From: Dictyostelium discoideum
Taxonomy: Eukaryota
Length of the DNA stretch: 64,000 nt
Direction of reading: 5' to 3'
Assembly: GCA_000004695.1 (NCBI GenBank)
Contig: CM000152.2
Span: 1,120,001-1,184,000, forward strand
In this document: positions 29,694 to 41,693 of the stretch, piece after piece
Layout: each line of letters opens with the position of its first letter
Position numbering within the stretch: position 1 is the stretch's first letter
Program-made: the position numbers and the translations under genes
The notes under the pieces: generated by a model
What the model was told of the DNA's origin: nothing
What the model saw: the letters and a program-made list of their open reading frames with translations, nothing else
The model's database searches: none

Positions 29694-29734
<41 letters not shown>

Positions 29735-29896
29735 ATTTTATTCATAACTTTTATACTTTTTTATTTTGATTTTTATTTTTTAATTTTTTACTATTTTTAT
29801 TTTCATTTTTTTTTTTGTTTTGATTTTATTTGTCTTTTTAATTTTATAAGGATTTTTTTTTTTTTTTTCAATTCATATTTATGATTCATCAATTTA

Positions 29897-30084
29897 TTAA
29901 ATTAATTTACCAAAAATAAAAGATAAAATTGCAATGGCAAATATAACAATTAAAGTTTGATAATGATTGAAACCACCTTTTGTTTGTTGAGATACATTGG
30001 TTGGTGTTATATTACCTTTTTTAATTTTGTCGAGTTCCTGAGTATTAAAATGAAATTTAAAATTAATTAAAAATCAGTGATATT

Positions 30085-30120
<36 letters not shown>

Positions 30121-31140
30121 ATATATATTTAAACATACATCATTTAAATTTTTAAGTTGATTACGTAGTTTTTCAGTTTCAGTATCTTGTATTGAGGAGG
30201 AGGGTGTTGTATTTTGTACATTTCTTTTTGTAATATCTGTTTTTGAAGATTTAGAATCGGTTCTATTTGAAGTTGCTGTCAATGAAGATGCACTATTACT
30301 ATTAGTATTACTATTGGAGGTGGTGGTGGTGGTTGTGGTATCTATATTACTATTGCTAATGTTACTGGTTTTATTGGTTTCATGATCATGTTTTTGTGTA
30401 TTGCTACTATTACTATTATTATTAATACTATTAACTTCTGAAAATAATGTACTGTTAGATTTATAATCATTTGTGCTGTTACTTGATGGATTTGATGGTG
30501 ATTGTTGTTCATTTGATGGTAAAGAAAATACTGCTTTTAATTTATTTTTTGTGATTAAATTTGGTGGTGAATTTGTCCACTAATAAATAATTAAAAATAA
30601 ATAATGAAAATAAAAATATTAGTAGCCTAAATCCTTAATTATATCTATCTATATGGTTATTTTTTTTGTTTGCCTTCTAATTTGTGTGTGTGTGTGTATG
30701 TGTGTTTTATATATTTGTTAAAAGATAGAGATTGGCAATGAATGAGGTGGAATAATTTTCTTACAATTGATTTTGGATCAATATTTGGATCAGTAACAAC
30801 AATTGAAAGAATTTGAAATTTATCTTTGGTTTTCATTGAAATTGATGGTGAATCTTTTGTACAATTTAATAAAACTAAATTTTGAAATTTGATTTATATG
30901 TTTAAAAATGATTATTAGTTCTTATTATTCCTCTTTATTTTGTTGTTGTTTTTTTTTTTTGTCACACCAAAAAAAAATATATATATACATACTTTGAACA
31001 TCAATTGATTTACCTGGTGGAATAATTCCAGTGTTTGGTCTGACGCAATATCTAATTGGTGCAGTTGTTTTAACTTTAAATGCAATTGTATGTTCATCAC
31101 TGCTATTATATAATTTTAATTCATTTGTAATTACACCCAT
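29897..31140 (-). CDS. VAMP-associated protein (VAP): an MSP domain, a coiled coil and a C-terminal transmembrane tail anchor. Four exons: complement(join(29897..30037,30139..30579,30765..30874,30993..31140)), 279 aa.
   Basis: Exon 1 encodes [49 protein letters not shown], the MSP signature. Exon 2 encodes ...[21 protein letters not shown]. Exon 3 begins [25 protein letters not shown] (compare VAP KLRCVFEMP), continues with N/S/T-rich sequence and ends with the coiled coil [15 protein letters not shown]. Exon 4 encodes ELDKIKKG...[22 protein letters not shown] followed by a stop. The donors are GTATGT, GTAAGA and GTATGT, and the acceptors are TTTAG, TTATTAG and ACTCAG. The phases are consistent and the total length is divisible by 3. 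Confidence 0.8.
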
Positions 31141-31857
31141 GAATGGTGCTATAGTGATAATAATAATAAAAAATAAAAAAATGGATTATTTTATTAATTA
31201 TTTATTTTTACAATTTACAAATTTTATTTTTGAAAAAATAAAAATAAAAATAGTGATTTGGTTAGTATTTTAATTTTTAATTTTATTTTATTTTATTTTA
31301 TTCTTTGGGGAGGATATGATAGATATAATTAAAATAAAACATACGATGATATACTAATTCTTTGGGTCTAATTTTAAGGAATGAGGATTTTGGATTTAGT
31401 GATGGACTGGATGAAACATTATTTGACATTTTTTATATTTATTTTATTTTTTTTTATTTTTATTTTTTAGTTTTTTTTTTATTTTTTTTTTTTTATTTTT
31501 ATTTTTCAATTTACTTATCAATAGTTATTGATATTTATTTAGTTTTATAATTTTTTTTTTTTATAAAAAATAAAAAATAAAAAATAAAAAAATAAAAAAA
31601 AAAAAATAAAAAAAAAAATTCAAAAAATAAAAAAAAAATTCAAAAAATAAAAAAAAATTCAAAAAATTCAAAAAAATAAAAAAAAAAATTAATTAAATGG
31701 AGTGTATTATTCTGAATATTCAAAAATTAAACTAAATTATATAATTTTTATATATTATTTTTTTTATATAATATTTTGATTAGTTACTTTCTAAAATTGT
31801 CAATAAAATTATTTAGTGATAAATAAAAGGAAATTAATTTTGTTTTCCCTTCCACAA

Positions 31858-31888
<31 letters not shown>

Positions 31889-31976
31889 ATTATTACTTCA
31901 TACGTTAAATAATTATTATTAATTTTTTAATACCACACAATTGTTATTATTTTTTCTCAATTTAATTAATTTATTG

Positions 31977-32025
<49 letters not shown>

Positions 32026-32306
32026 AATAAAAAGATTTTTTGTTGACTTTAGACCTTTATTTTGTTAAAAAAAGGAAATCATCACAAACAAAACGATTCT
32101 TTTCCCGCCATTATTTTTTTTTAAAAAAAAAAAGTTTTTTCACAAATTCCAATTTTTTTTTTTTTTTTTTAAAAATAAATTTTGTTCTCCTCAAAAAAAA
32201 AAAAAAATTAAAAGAAAAATATATATATGTAAATATACTATTTTAAAAAGTTTAACATAAATAGATAAATAGATAAAAAATAAAATAAAACAAAAATTAA
32301 AATAAA

Positions 32307-32877
32307 ATGTCACAAGATCACTCAGTTTCAAAAAGACTACAAAGCGAATTAATGAATTTAATGGTAAGGAAATATTACATATATAATATACACAAAAAAA
32401 AAAAAAAAAAAAAAAAAGTATTAATATTAATTATTTATTTATTTATTATTATTATTTATTTTAAAATATAAGATGGGACCAAGTCCAGGTATTTCAGCAT
32501 TTCCAGATGGTGATAATATATTTAATTGGATTGGTACAATTCAAGGAGCTAAAGATACAGTTTATGAACAAATGGAATTTAAGATGTCATTAAAGTTTCC
32601 AACTGATTATCCATATAAACCACCAACAGTTAAATTTGAAACTCAATGTTTTCATCCAAATGTAGATAATAATGGTAACATTTGTTTGGACATTCTCAAA
32701 GATAAATGGTCACCAGTTTACAATGTTAGAAGTTTATTAATCTCAATTCAATCCTTATTGGGTGAACCAAACAATGAATCACCTTTAAATTCATATGCTG
32801 CAAGCTTATGGTCAAACCAAGATGAATATAAAAAAGTTTTAGATAAAAGATATCAAGAAGCAACTTCAAGACCATAA
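32307..32877 (+). CDS. ube2c: Ubiquitin-conjugating enzyme E2 C (UbcH10-like), 2 exons: join(32307..32363,32473..32877), 153 aa.
   Basis: Exon 1 [19 protein letters not shown] ends at a GTAAGG donor, and the 109-nt intron ends TATAAG. Exon 2 reads [79 protein letters not shown], with the HPN and catalytic Cys of the UBC fold and a close match to UBE2C. Confidence 0.85.
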
Positions 32878-32884
32878 ATTTAAG

Positions 32885-32938
<54 letters not shown>

Positions 32939-33088
32939 TTATATTATCATCATCGTCATCGTCCATAATAGGATTGTTGGCTAATTTTCAATCAAACTTT
33001 TTTTTTTTTTCTTTTTATTTTTTTATTTTTTTTTTTTTAAGCAACACTTTGAATAATGATTATTCCTTAACGCTTATATATAATATAT

Positions 33089-33126
<38 letters not shown>

Positions 33127-33852
33127 GTTTTCCAAATTTTTTAAATTACTTTTTTTTTTTTTTGAAATAAAAAAAAAAAATTTTATTAAAAAAAAAATCC
33201 ATTATTATAAAAAAAAAAAAAAAAAAGAGGAAAATCTCGATTAGATCTAATTCAGATTTAATCCATTTTTTTTTTATCCATTTTTTTTTTTTTTTTTTTT
33301 TTTTCTATAATTTTTTTCTCTTATTTTTTTTTTTTTTTTTTTTTTGCCAAAATAAAAATAAAAAAAAAAAAACAAATATTTACATCAGGTTTATATTTTT
33401 TTTATTTCTAAATAATAATTATTAATTTAAAGGTTTTTTTTTTATTTTTTTATTTTTTTTTTTTTTTTAAATAAAAATCAATAAATGATTTATTATAAAA
33501 GCACTAAAAATATTTTTGTTTTATTTCTAATAAATAAAAATAATAAATAAATATATGACGTGGGAAGAACAATTTCTTATGAAATGACGAGCATGGTCGG
33601 AAACAAAAAAAAAAAAAAAAAAAAAAAAATAACCACAAAGTAAAAATAAACATGAAAATAAATAAATAAATAAATAAAATTATTTGTTTTATTTTTATTT
33701 TTTTATTTTTTATTTGTTGTTTTTTTTTTTTAATTTTTTTTTAATTTTTTTATTTTTTTTTATTTATTTAAAATAAAATATTTTAAAATTTTAACACCAT
33801 TTGTATTTGCTGTTGCCATCATTGTTGGCCAAAATTATTTTAAAAAAAAAAG

Positions 33853-33894
<42 letters not shown>

Positions 33895-33907
33895 AAAAAA
33901 AAAAAAT

Positions 33908-33938
<31 letters not shown>

Positions 33939-34207
33939 CAGTTTGCAACATTAAAAAAAAAAAAAATCAAATTGGGGGTGGAAAAATATTTGGGTGATCG
34001 TAACAAAACATTACCTAAATTTGTAACAACAACACAACAATAATAATAACAATACCAATAATAATATAATACAATTTTTATAAATTTTTTAATTTTTTTT
34101 TTTTTTAAAAAAAAACAAAAACAAAAACAAAACCAATTATAAAAATATAAAAATATAACCTTTTTGTAATAACAACCTTAAAATTAAAAATAAATATTGT
34201 GTAATTT

Positions 34208-34238
<31 letters not shown>

Positions 34239-34368
34239 ATTTTATTTATTTTTTTTTCTTTTTTTTTATTTATATTTATTTTATTTTAAAATAATTATTT
34301 AAAAGATAGTATATAAAATAAATAAATAAATAAGCGAATTGTCATACTTTCACACCCACCCACAACAG

Positions 34369-37300
34369 ATGAATAGTATTGAAAGTTCTTCTAATGATAG
34401 CAATGAGATAAATAAAAATTCAAACAAAAATAATACACACTTAAACTCCAACTATAATAATATTTATAAAAATAATAGCACTAGTAGTAATAATAATAAT
34501 AATCATAATAATATTGAAATTATTGGGATAGATAATAATAAAAATAATAATAAAAATAATAACGATAATAATAATAATAATAATAATATAGATAAAAAAA
34601 GAAAGGATAGTAAAAATAAACAAAACCAAGAAATAAATCAAGAAATGTCAGAAAATAAAAAAATTTATAATAGTAATGATAGTAATTGTAGTAGTGGTAG
34701 TAGTAGTGGAGGACATGTAAATAATGGTCATCATATATTAATTGAAGAGAATGAAAGATTAGAACATGAAAATCAAGAGATTCAAGAAATTTATAAACAA
34801 AAGGGTATGGAATTTCAAAAAAAAGATTTAAGATTTGGATATGATGTTAATAGTAATAATAATAATAATAATGGTGGTGGTAGTAGCAGTGGTAGTAGCA
34901 GTGGTGGTAGTGATGAATCTGCTTCAAATCAACCTATAATTAGAACTAGAAATAGAGAAGGTTCAATTTTAAATTTAAAGGTAAATTAAAAAAAAAAAAA
35001 GAAAAAAAAAAATCCAGGATTTCCAATATTTTCCAAGAAATTTCTTTATTTATTATATTAACTATTAAAAAATAAAAAATAAAAAAATAAAAAAAAATTA
35101 TTTAGAAACAAGGTCTTGTAAAAGAAATTAGTCAAAGATTTCAAACACCAGATACAGCATCATATACAAGACCAAATGCAAATAATATTTCAATTAAAGA
35201 TAAAATTTCTATATTAAAAAAGGAGCAAGAAAGAAGAAAACAAGATTCAGAAGTACAACAACGAGAAAAGGTTATAGTATTATCAGCAGATAGTTCAAAT
35301 ATTCAAATTTATCATCCCTCTGTTTTAATAGAAAAAATGAATAGTAAATTGGATACCGAAGAAAAGCCAGCAACAACGACAACAACTACTACTACAACAT
35401 CAACATCAATATCAACATCAACACCAACAACTACTACTACTACTACAACTAATACTTCTACTACTAATGATATTACAATTAAACCAAAAACATCACCAAC
35501 AAAAAATAATGAAGAAAGATCACAATCACCAATTACAACACCAAAACAACCAGTTGAAGAAATTGTTAAAAAAGTATCAACACCAAAATCAAATAATACT
35601 TCTAAAAAGACATCATCCGATACAACACCAACAGGAAAAACAACTAAAAAAGATAAAAAAGATAAAAAAGATAAATCAAGAGATAGTGGTAATTTAGTAA
35701 TTGTTAATAATACTAATAATACTAGTAGTAATAATAACAATAATAATAATAATAATAATAATAATGAAACAATTATAAAACGTAGAGGTAGAGTTTTAGT
35801 TACACCATCAAGTGATTTAAAAAAGAATATTCAAATTTATTTTACAATTCCAATAAATCCACCAGTAAATAAAACCAATAAACCAAATCAATTATTATCA
35901 AATACATCACAACAATTTTTAAAAACATTAATTTCAAATGAAATTCCAATCGATTGTAAAATCAATGATATCAACGATACTGATGCATTTTCCGATTTAT
36001 CAGCATCAGCATCATCATCATCATTTATAACAAAATCATCACAATCATTATTAAATGTGCAATCATTAAGAGTTAAAGCAATTAAAACATCATTTAATAT
36101 TTTATTTTTAATGCCAAATCAATCTAAAAAGATTTTACAAGTTAAAGGTTCAGATACAATTGAAAATTTAAAAGAAAGAATAATTTCAGATTATTTATTT
36201 AATAATAATAGTAATAATAATAATAATAATTGTAAATATGGAGCAGATTCTTATTTAATATTAGATTTTAATGATAATCCAATGGAAAGAAGTTTAGTAT
36301 TGAATAAAAGTGATTATATATTAGATAAAAGAGCACAAGGTTTAATACCAAAATTAAAAGTTATTGAAAAATCAACAATTTTAGATTCAGATCCATCTGA
36401 TGAATTATCACCAAGTGAATATGAAATTATTAGAAAATTAATACCAGGTACAGATACATGGAGAGGTGAAGAAGTTGAATACTTTAGAAGAGTTACAAGT
36501 AGATTAAGATATGAAGCATTACCATTGATTAAAGGATCAATTCAGTCTACTCTATTGGTTAGATTATCACCATTACCAATACCAATAGTTGGTAATAAAA
36601 TATTGATTTCTATATTTTTACCAATTACTCAAGTTACTAAAACATTGGATTTGGAATTGAATGAAACTGCCGATCAATTTACAAATAGATTATTTACAAA
36701 AAATTATTCAAAACATTTACCAAATGTAAATTCAAATGATTTCATATTAAAAGTAGTTGGTAGTTCAGATTTTATTCATGGTCCACATGATATTCGTACT
36801 TTTGAATCAATTAGAAATCATATAATTCAAGGTACAAAACCACAATTAACATTAATTCAAAGACCAAAACCAGAATTAGATCCACAACCATTTAAACCAC
36901 GTTTTGATTATCCACCAGAATTAATAATTGATCATAGTTGTAGTAATGCAATTAATTGTAATAATAATAATACAAATAGTACAAATAATAATAATATAAA
37001 TTTTGATAATTGGGATCAAATTACACATATTTCTATTAGAGAAATTAAAAAACCATTTAGAGTTAAAGTTATGGGATCAACTAGAATACCATTATCATGT
37101 ATTAAAGATATTGATAGTAGTAGTGTTATTGTTTCAATTTCATTATATCATGGTATTGAATGTTTTTCAAAAGCATTCACTCAACCAATTATACCACCAC
37201 CATTTGCATTTTTAGCTGAAACTTTATCAGTTGATTGGTGTGAATGGTTAGTTTTTACAAATATTGATTATTCAAATTTACCAGTGGATGCACGTTTATC

Positions 37301-39209
37301 AATTAGTGTCTATAGTGCAAATGAAACAGTTGATGATGTTGAAGAAATTAAAAATCTTGATGAAGCAACTAAAAAGTTAACACCAATTGGTTGGATTAAT
37401 GTTATGATTACTGATTTTAAATATCAACTTAGACAAGGTATGGTAGAATTATCGTTATGGCCATCTGATTTTTCAAATCCACTTGGTACTTGCTCAAATA
37501 ATCCATCAAGTAGTCAATCAGTTGGTTTAACATTAGAATTTGAAGAATTTAATTTACCAGTTTTATTCCCAAGAAAAACTAAATTCTCTACAAGTGTCTC
37601 AGTTATTGAACAACCACCAACCAATATAAATTCAAATGAAATGAGAGAATTCTTTGAGCAAATTACAGCATTAGACCCATTATCAGATTTAAAACAAGAG
37701 AAATATAATCAACTTTGGACTTTAAGACATTATTCAATTTTATTCCCACAAGTTTTACCAAGATTAATGTTAAGTGTACCATGGACTCAAGCAACTGCAG
37801 TAGATGAAGCAATTTCATTACTTGATAGATGGCCAAAACTTAAACCTTATGAATCATTGGAATTATTGGATGCAAAACATGCAAATAGAAAAGTTAGAGA
37901 ATTTGCAGTTACATGTTTAGAGGATCTTAGTGAAGATGAACTATTAGATATTCTATTACAATTAGTACAGGTTTTAAAATATGAACCATTCCATGATTCA
38001 AAATTATCAAGATTCTTATTAAGAAAAGCAATTTTAAATAGAAATATTGGTCATTCATTCTTTTGGTATTTAAAATCAGATTTACATGATAGTAATTTAT
38101 CAGAAAGATTTGGTATACTTTTGGAATCTTATTTGTATGCATGTGGTGCACATAGAATTGAGTTATTAAAACAAATGGAAGTTATTAATAATTTAACAGA
38201 GGTTGCAAAGAAAATTAAACCATTAAAAGATCAAGATAGAAGAGAATTTATGATTAAAGAATTTGAAAGTTTAGAATGGCCAAAACGATTTCATCTTACT
38301 TTAAATCCACGTTTTGAATCAAATGGTTTAATAATTAATAAATCAAAATATATGGATAGTAAAAAGTTACCTCTAAGATTATCTTTTACAAATACCGATA
38401 TGAACGCTGACCCTATTGAAGTGATTTTCAAAGCTGGTGATGATTTAAGACAAGATATGTTAACTTTACAAATGATTAGATTAATGGATAAGTTATGGCA
38501 AAAAGAAGGTTTAGATTTAAAATTATCTCCCTATGGCTGTATTTCAACTGGTGATATGATTGGTATGATTGAAGTGGTGTTAAATTCTGAAACCACTGCT
38601 AAAATTCAAAAAAGTGAAGGTGGTGGCGCTGCTTCCGCTTTCAAGTTGGATCCTTTGGCCAATTGGATATTGCAACATAATAAAAGTGATATGGAATATC
38701 AAAAAGCTGTAGACACATTCATACTCTCTTGTGCTGGTTATTGTGTTGCAACTTATGTACTTGGAATTGGTGATAGACATAATGATAATTTAATGGTTAC
38801 AAAAGGTGGTAGATTATTTCATATTGATTTCGGTCATTTCCTTGGTAATTATAAAAAGAAATTTGGTTTCAAAAGAGAACGTGCTCCTTTTGTTTTCACT
38901 CCTGATTTTTGTTATGTAATGGGTGGTAAAGAATCTTTTAAATTTAGTCAGTTTGTAAATTATTGTTGTACCGCTTATAATATCGTTAGAAAGAATGCTA
39001 AATTATTTATGAATTTATTCGCTATGATGGTTTCTACTGGTATTCCAGAATTACAATCTATGGAAGATTTAAATTATTTAAAAGAATCTTTTTCAATAGA
39101 ATTATCTGATGAAAAAGCAAGGGAGAAATTTGTTGCTTTAATTCATGAAAGTTTAGCTACAAAAACTACTCAACTTAATAATTTTTTTCATCATCTTGCA
39201 CATGCTTAG
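34369..39209 (+). CDS. pikA: Class I phosphatidylinositol 3-kinase catalytic subunit, join(34369..34980,35106..39209), 1571 aa: an N-rich N-terminus, Ras-binding, C2 and PIK helical domains, and the PI3K/PI4K catalytic domain.
   Basis: The catalytic block reads GDDLRQDMLTLQMIRLMDKLWQKEGLDLKLSPYGCISTGDMIGMIEVV...GIGDRHNDNLMVTKGGRLFHIDFGHFLGNYKKKFGFKRERAPFVFTPDF. Exon 1 is an N-rich ORF whose first ATG is at 34369 and which ends at an AAG/GTAAAT donor. The 125-nt intron ends TTATTTAG at 35105. Frame stays open from 35106 into the 1290-aa ORF. The 1571-aa length matches what I recall for Dictyostelium PI3K1; that symbol is tentative. Confidence 0.8.
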
Positions 39210-39218
39210 TCAGCCAAT

Positions 39219-39253
<35 letters not shown>

Positions 39254-39959
39254 AAAACAAAACAAAAACAAAACAAAAAAAAAAAAACAAAACAAATAAA
39301 TTATTTAAAAAAACAAAATAAAATAAATAAACTTTTTTAATATAGTTTTAATTAAAAATAATTATTTGAATATTTTTTTTATTTTTTATTTTTTTTTTAT
39401 TTTTGGGGTAAATCTATTTTTTGTTTTTTTTTTTATTAATTTATCCGAATATTACCCCTCTAAAAATGACCCTAAAATATTTTTTATTTCTGACAGACAA
39501 TATAATAATTATTTTATAATTAAAAATTTCTAAAAATGGAAAATAATTTGGGTCCATAGATTTTTTATGGTAATTAAAATGCATTATTTTTAAAAAAAAA
39601 AAAAAAAAATTCCCAAAAAAATAATTTTTAATAATATTAAAAATAAGTTACAATTTTTTTGAAATTTTTTCCCTTTCGTCTCTTTATAGATATCAATACT
39701 AATTTTAAGTCTCCTTTGACTTAATTTTTTAAAAATTATTCCCAAAAATGTTGGATAGTAACTCGCTCTAGAATCAACAATTTTAAATTCTGAAACCCAT
39801 CAAAAATATCCATCAAAATCAATTTGGTTTTATATCACAACCTACAGGTAGGTATATCAAATCAAAAAATTGACAAAGGTATTTTATAAGCTAACAAAAG
39901 AATTAATTCATTATTAAAAGACAAATAAGGAATAATTATTCATATATAGATTCAGTTTT

Positions 39960-41600
39960 TAGTGAAATAATTGATGTTTTAATAAAATCAAATACTTCAA
40001 ATCCATTTCCTTCTTCAGAATTTTCAAATGGTATATATGAATTTTTCTTCAAAAAATTTATTAAAAATCAACAATCACCAAAATCAATTTTTTATTTATT
40101 CTTTGGATTAAAACCTAAATTAAGAGAATATGATGTAGATTTGGTAATAGATTTATTCCTTAAAGAAAGTTTAGATAATCAATCTTTGTTTTATAGATTA
40201 TTTTCATCTTCATATTTGTGTAATCGAGAATTAGTTTTAAATAATCTTTTTGATAGATTTGTCAAGTCTGAAAATAGGAATTTTAACATAATAGATAAAT
40301 TACTTCGTTTATTATAAGTTCATAGATTTGGTACTATTAAAAAATCAAAAACCTTCCAAACATTGAAATCCTTTGTTAATGGTAATGATTATCCAATTTT
40401 TTTGGATTTCAAGGTCTTATTATCCATTTTTCTCTCAAAAAAACTTGGGTTCAATTTATTTGATCATTTTAAAAATGATTTATTACCAGATTTTTTTAAA
40501 AATTACAATCAGTCTTTCATTATTTTAAAAAACAATTTTCCAAAATTTTTTAACAATTTTTCGCTAAACCATTATAATGCAGAGCCTTTATTAGTGTAAG
40601 TTTAATACATGATAAAATAAAATAATAATAATAATCTTTATTTATTAATTGTTCTTTTTTTTTTTTTTTAAAAATTAATTCCAGTTTATTAAATTCAAAT
40701 GGTTGGACCATCTTCAATAGTACCATCAAAAATTTTAGTTAATTACTTAAATCAATTTCTAATAATTTCTGAATCAATTGAAGAACCAATTTTTACTTCA
40801 AATTTTCAAGTTTTTTGTACAGTTTGTAATACTCTAACTAAATCAAATCCAATAATATTTGAATTTTCAGTAAATCGATCAAATGATATACAAAGTTGTG
40901 TTGAAAATAGTTTATACAAGTAAACTGGTCAAATTGAATTTTGTAAAAATTGTAAAAAAGATAATATTGGAAGACTATCTTTAAATAATATTCCATCACA
41001 TTTATTAATCTCTATTGATAGAGTAAAAAATGGTGAAATTTCATTCCAATCATTCAATTTAATTGAAAAAATAAGTATTGGTGATTTTAGTTTTATTGGT
41101 AATCCAATTCCATTAAATAATCAATTACATTCAATCATTATGTCAAATGGTGAAAAAAGTTCAATTCATATTAATCAAATTGAAAATAAAGCAATTAGAT
41201 GTACGAGTGGACATATATCATATTAATAGAAATGATTTTTTGGATTATGAAAAAAGAAATTCAATTTTAATAATTTATAAAAATAAAAATAATAACAATA
41301 ACAATACGAATAATATAAATAATAATATTATTTATAATAATAACCAATTTGAAATTATTAAAGATATAAATAATTTTAATAATTTATCCAAACAACAAAT
41401 TATTGATAGTGGTCTCAATAACTATTTGGTTACTTGGGTAAATAAATTACCAATTGGTGAAAATCAACTTTTTGAAATTTCCAAGAATTTAGAGACAAAT
41501 AACATAAATAATTTCAAAAATGCTTTTTCAATTTCAGATTGGGACTCTATCATCAGTACAAATGGTCCCAAGAATATATTTTTAGAATACCTTAGATAAC
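39960..41600 (+). pseudogene. Degenerate ubiquitin carboxyl-terminal hydrolase (USP/UBP, peptidase C19)-like gene remnant.
   Basis: Three ORFs lie in two frames. USP His-box-like motifs are present: CTVCN...CKNCKK...IPSHLLISIDRVKNGEI...FIGNPIPL...HSIIMSNGEKS...SGHISY. An in-frame TAA follows ...SLYK at 40921, and there is a +1 shift between ...SGHI and YHINRNDFLDYEK. No Cys-box was found, and a possible GTAAGT...CCAG intron at 40597..40683 does not rescue the frame. Confidence 0.5.
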
Positions 41601-41693
41601 AATAAAAATAAATAAAAATAATAATAATTAATTAAAAGATAAATAAATAAATTAAACTTTTATTTTTTAAAAAAACATATTATTGTAAAGAAT

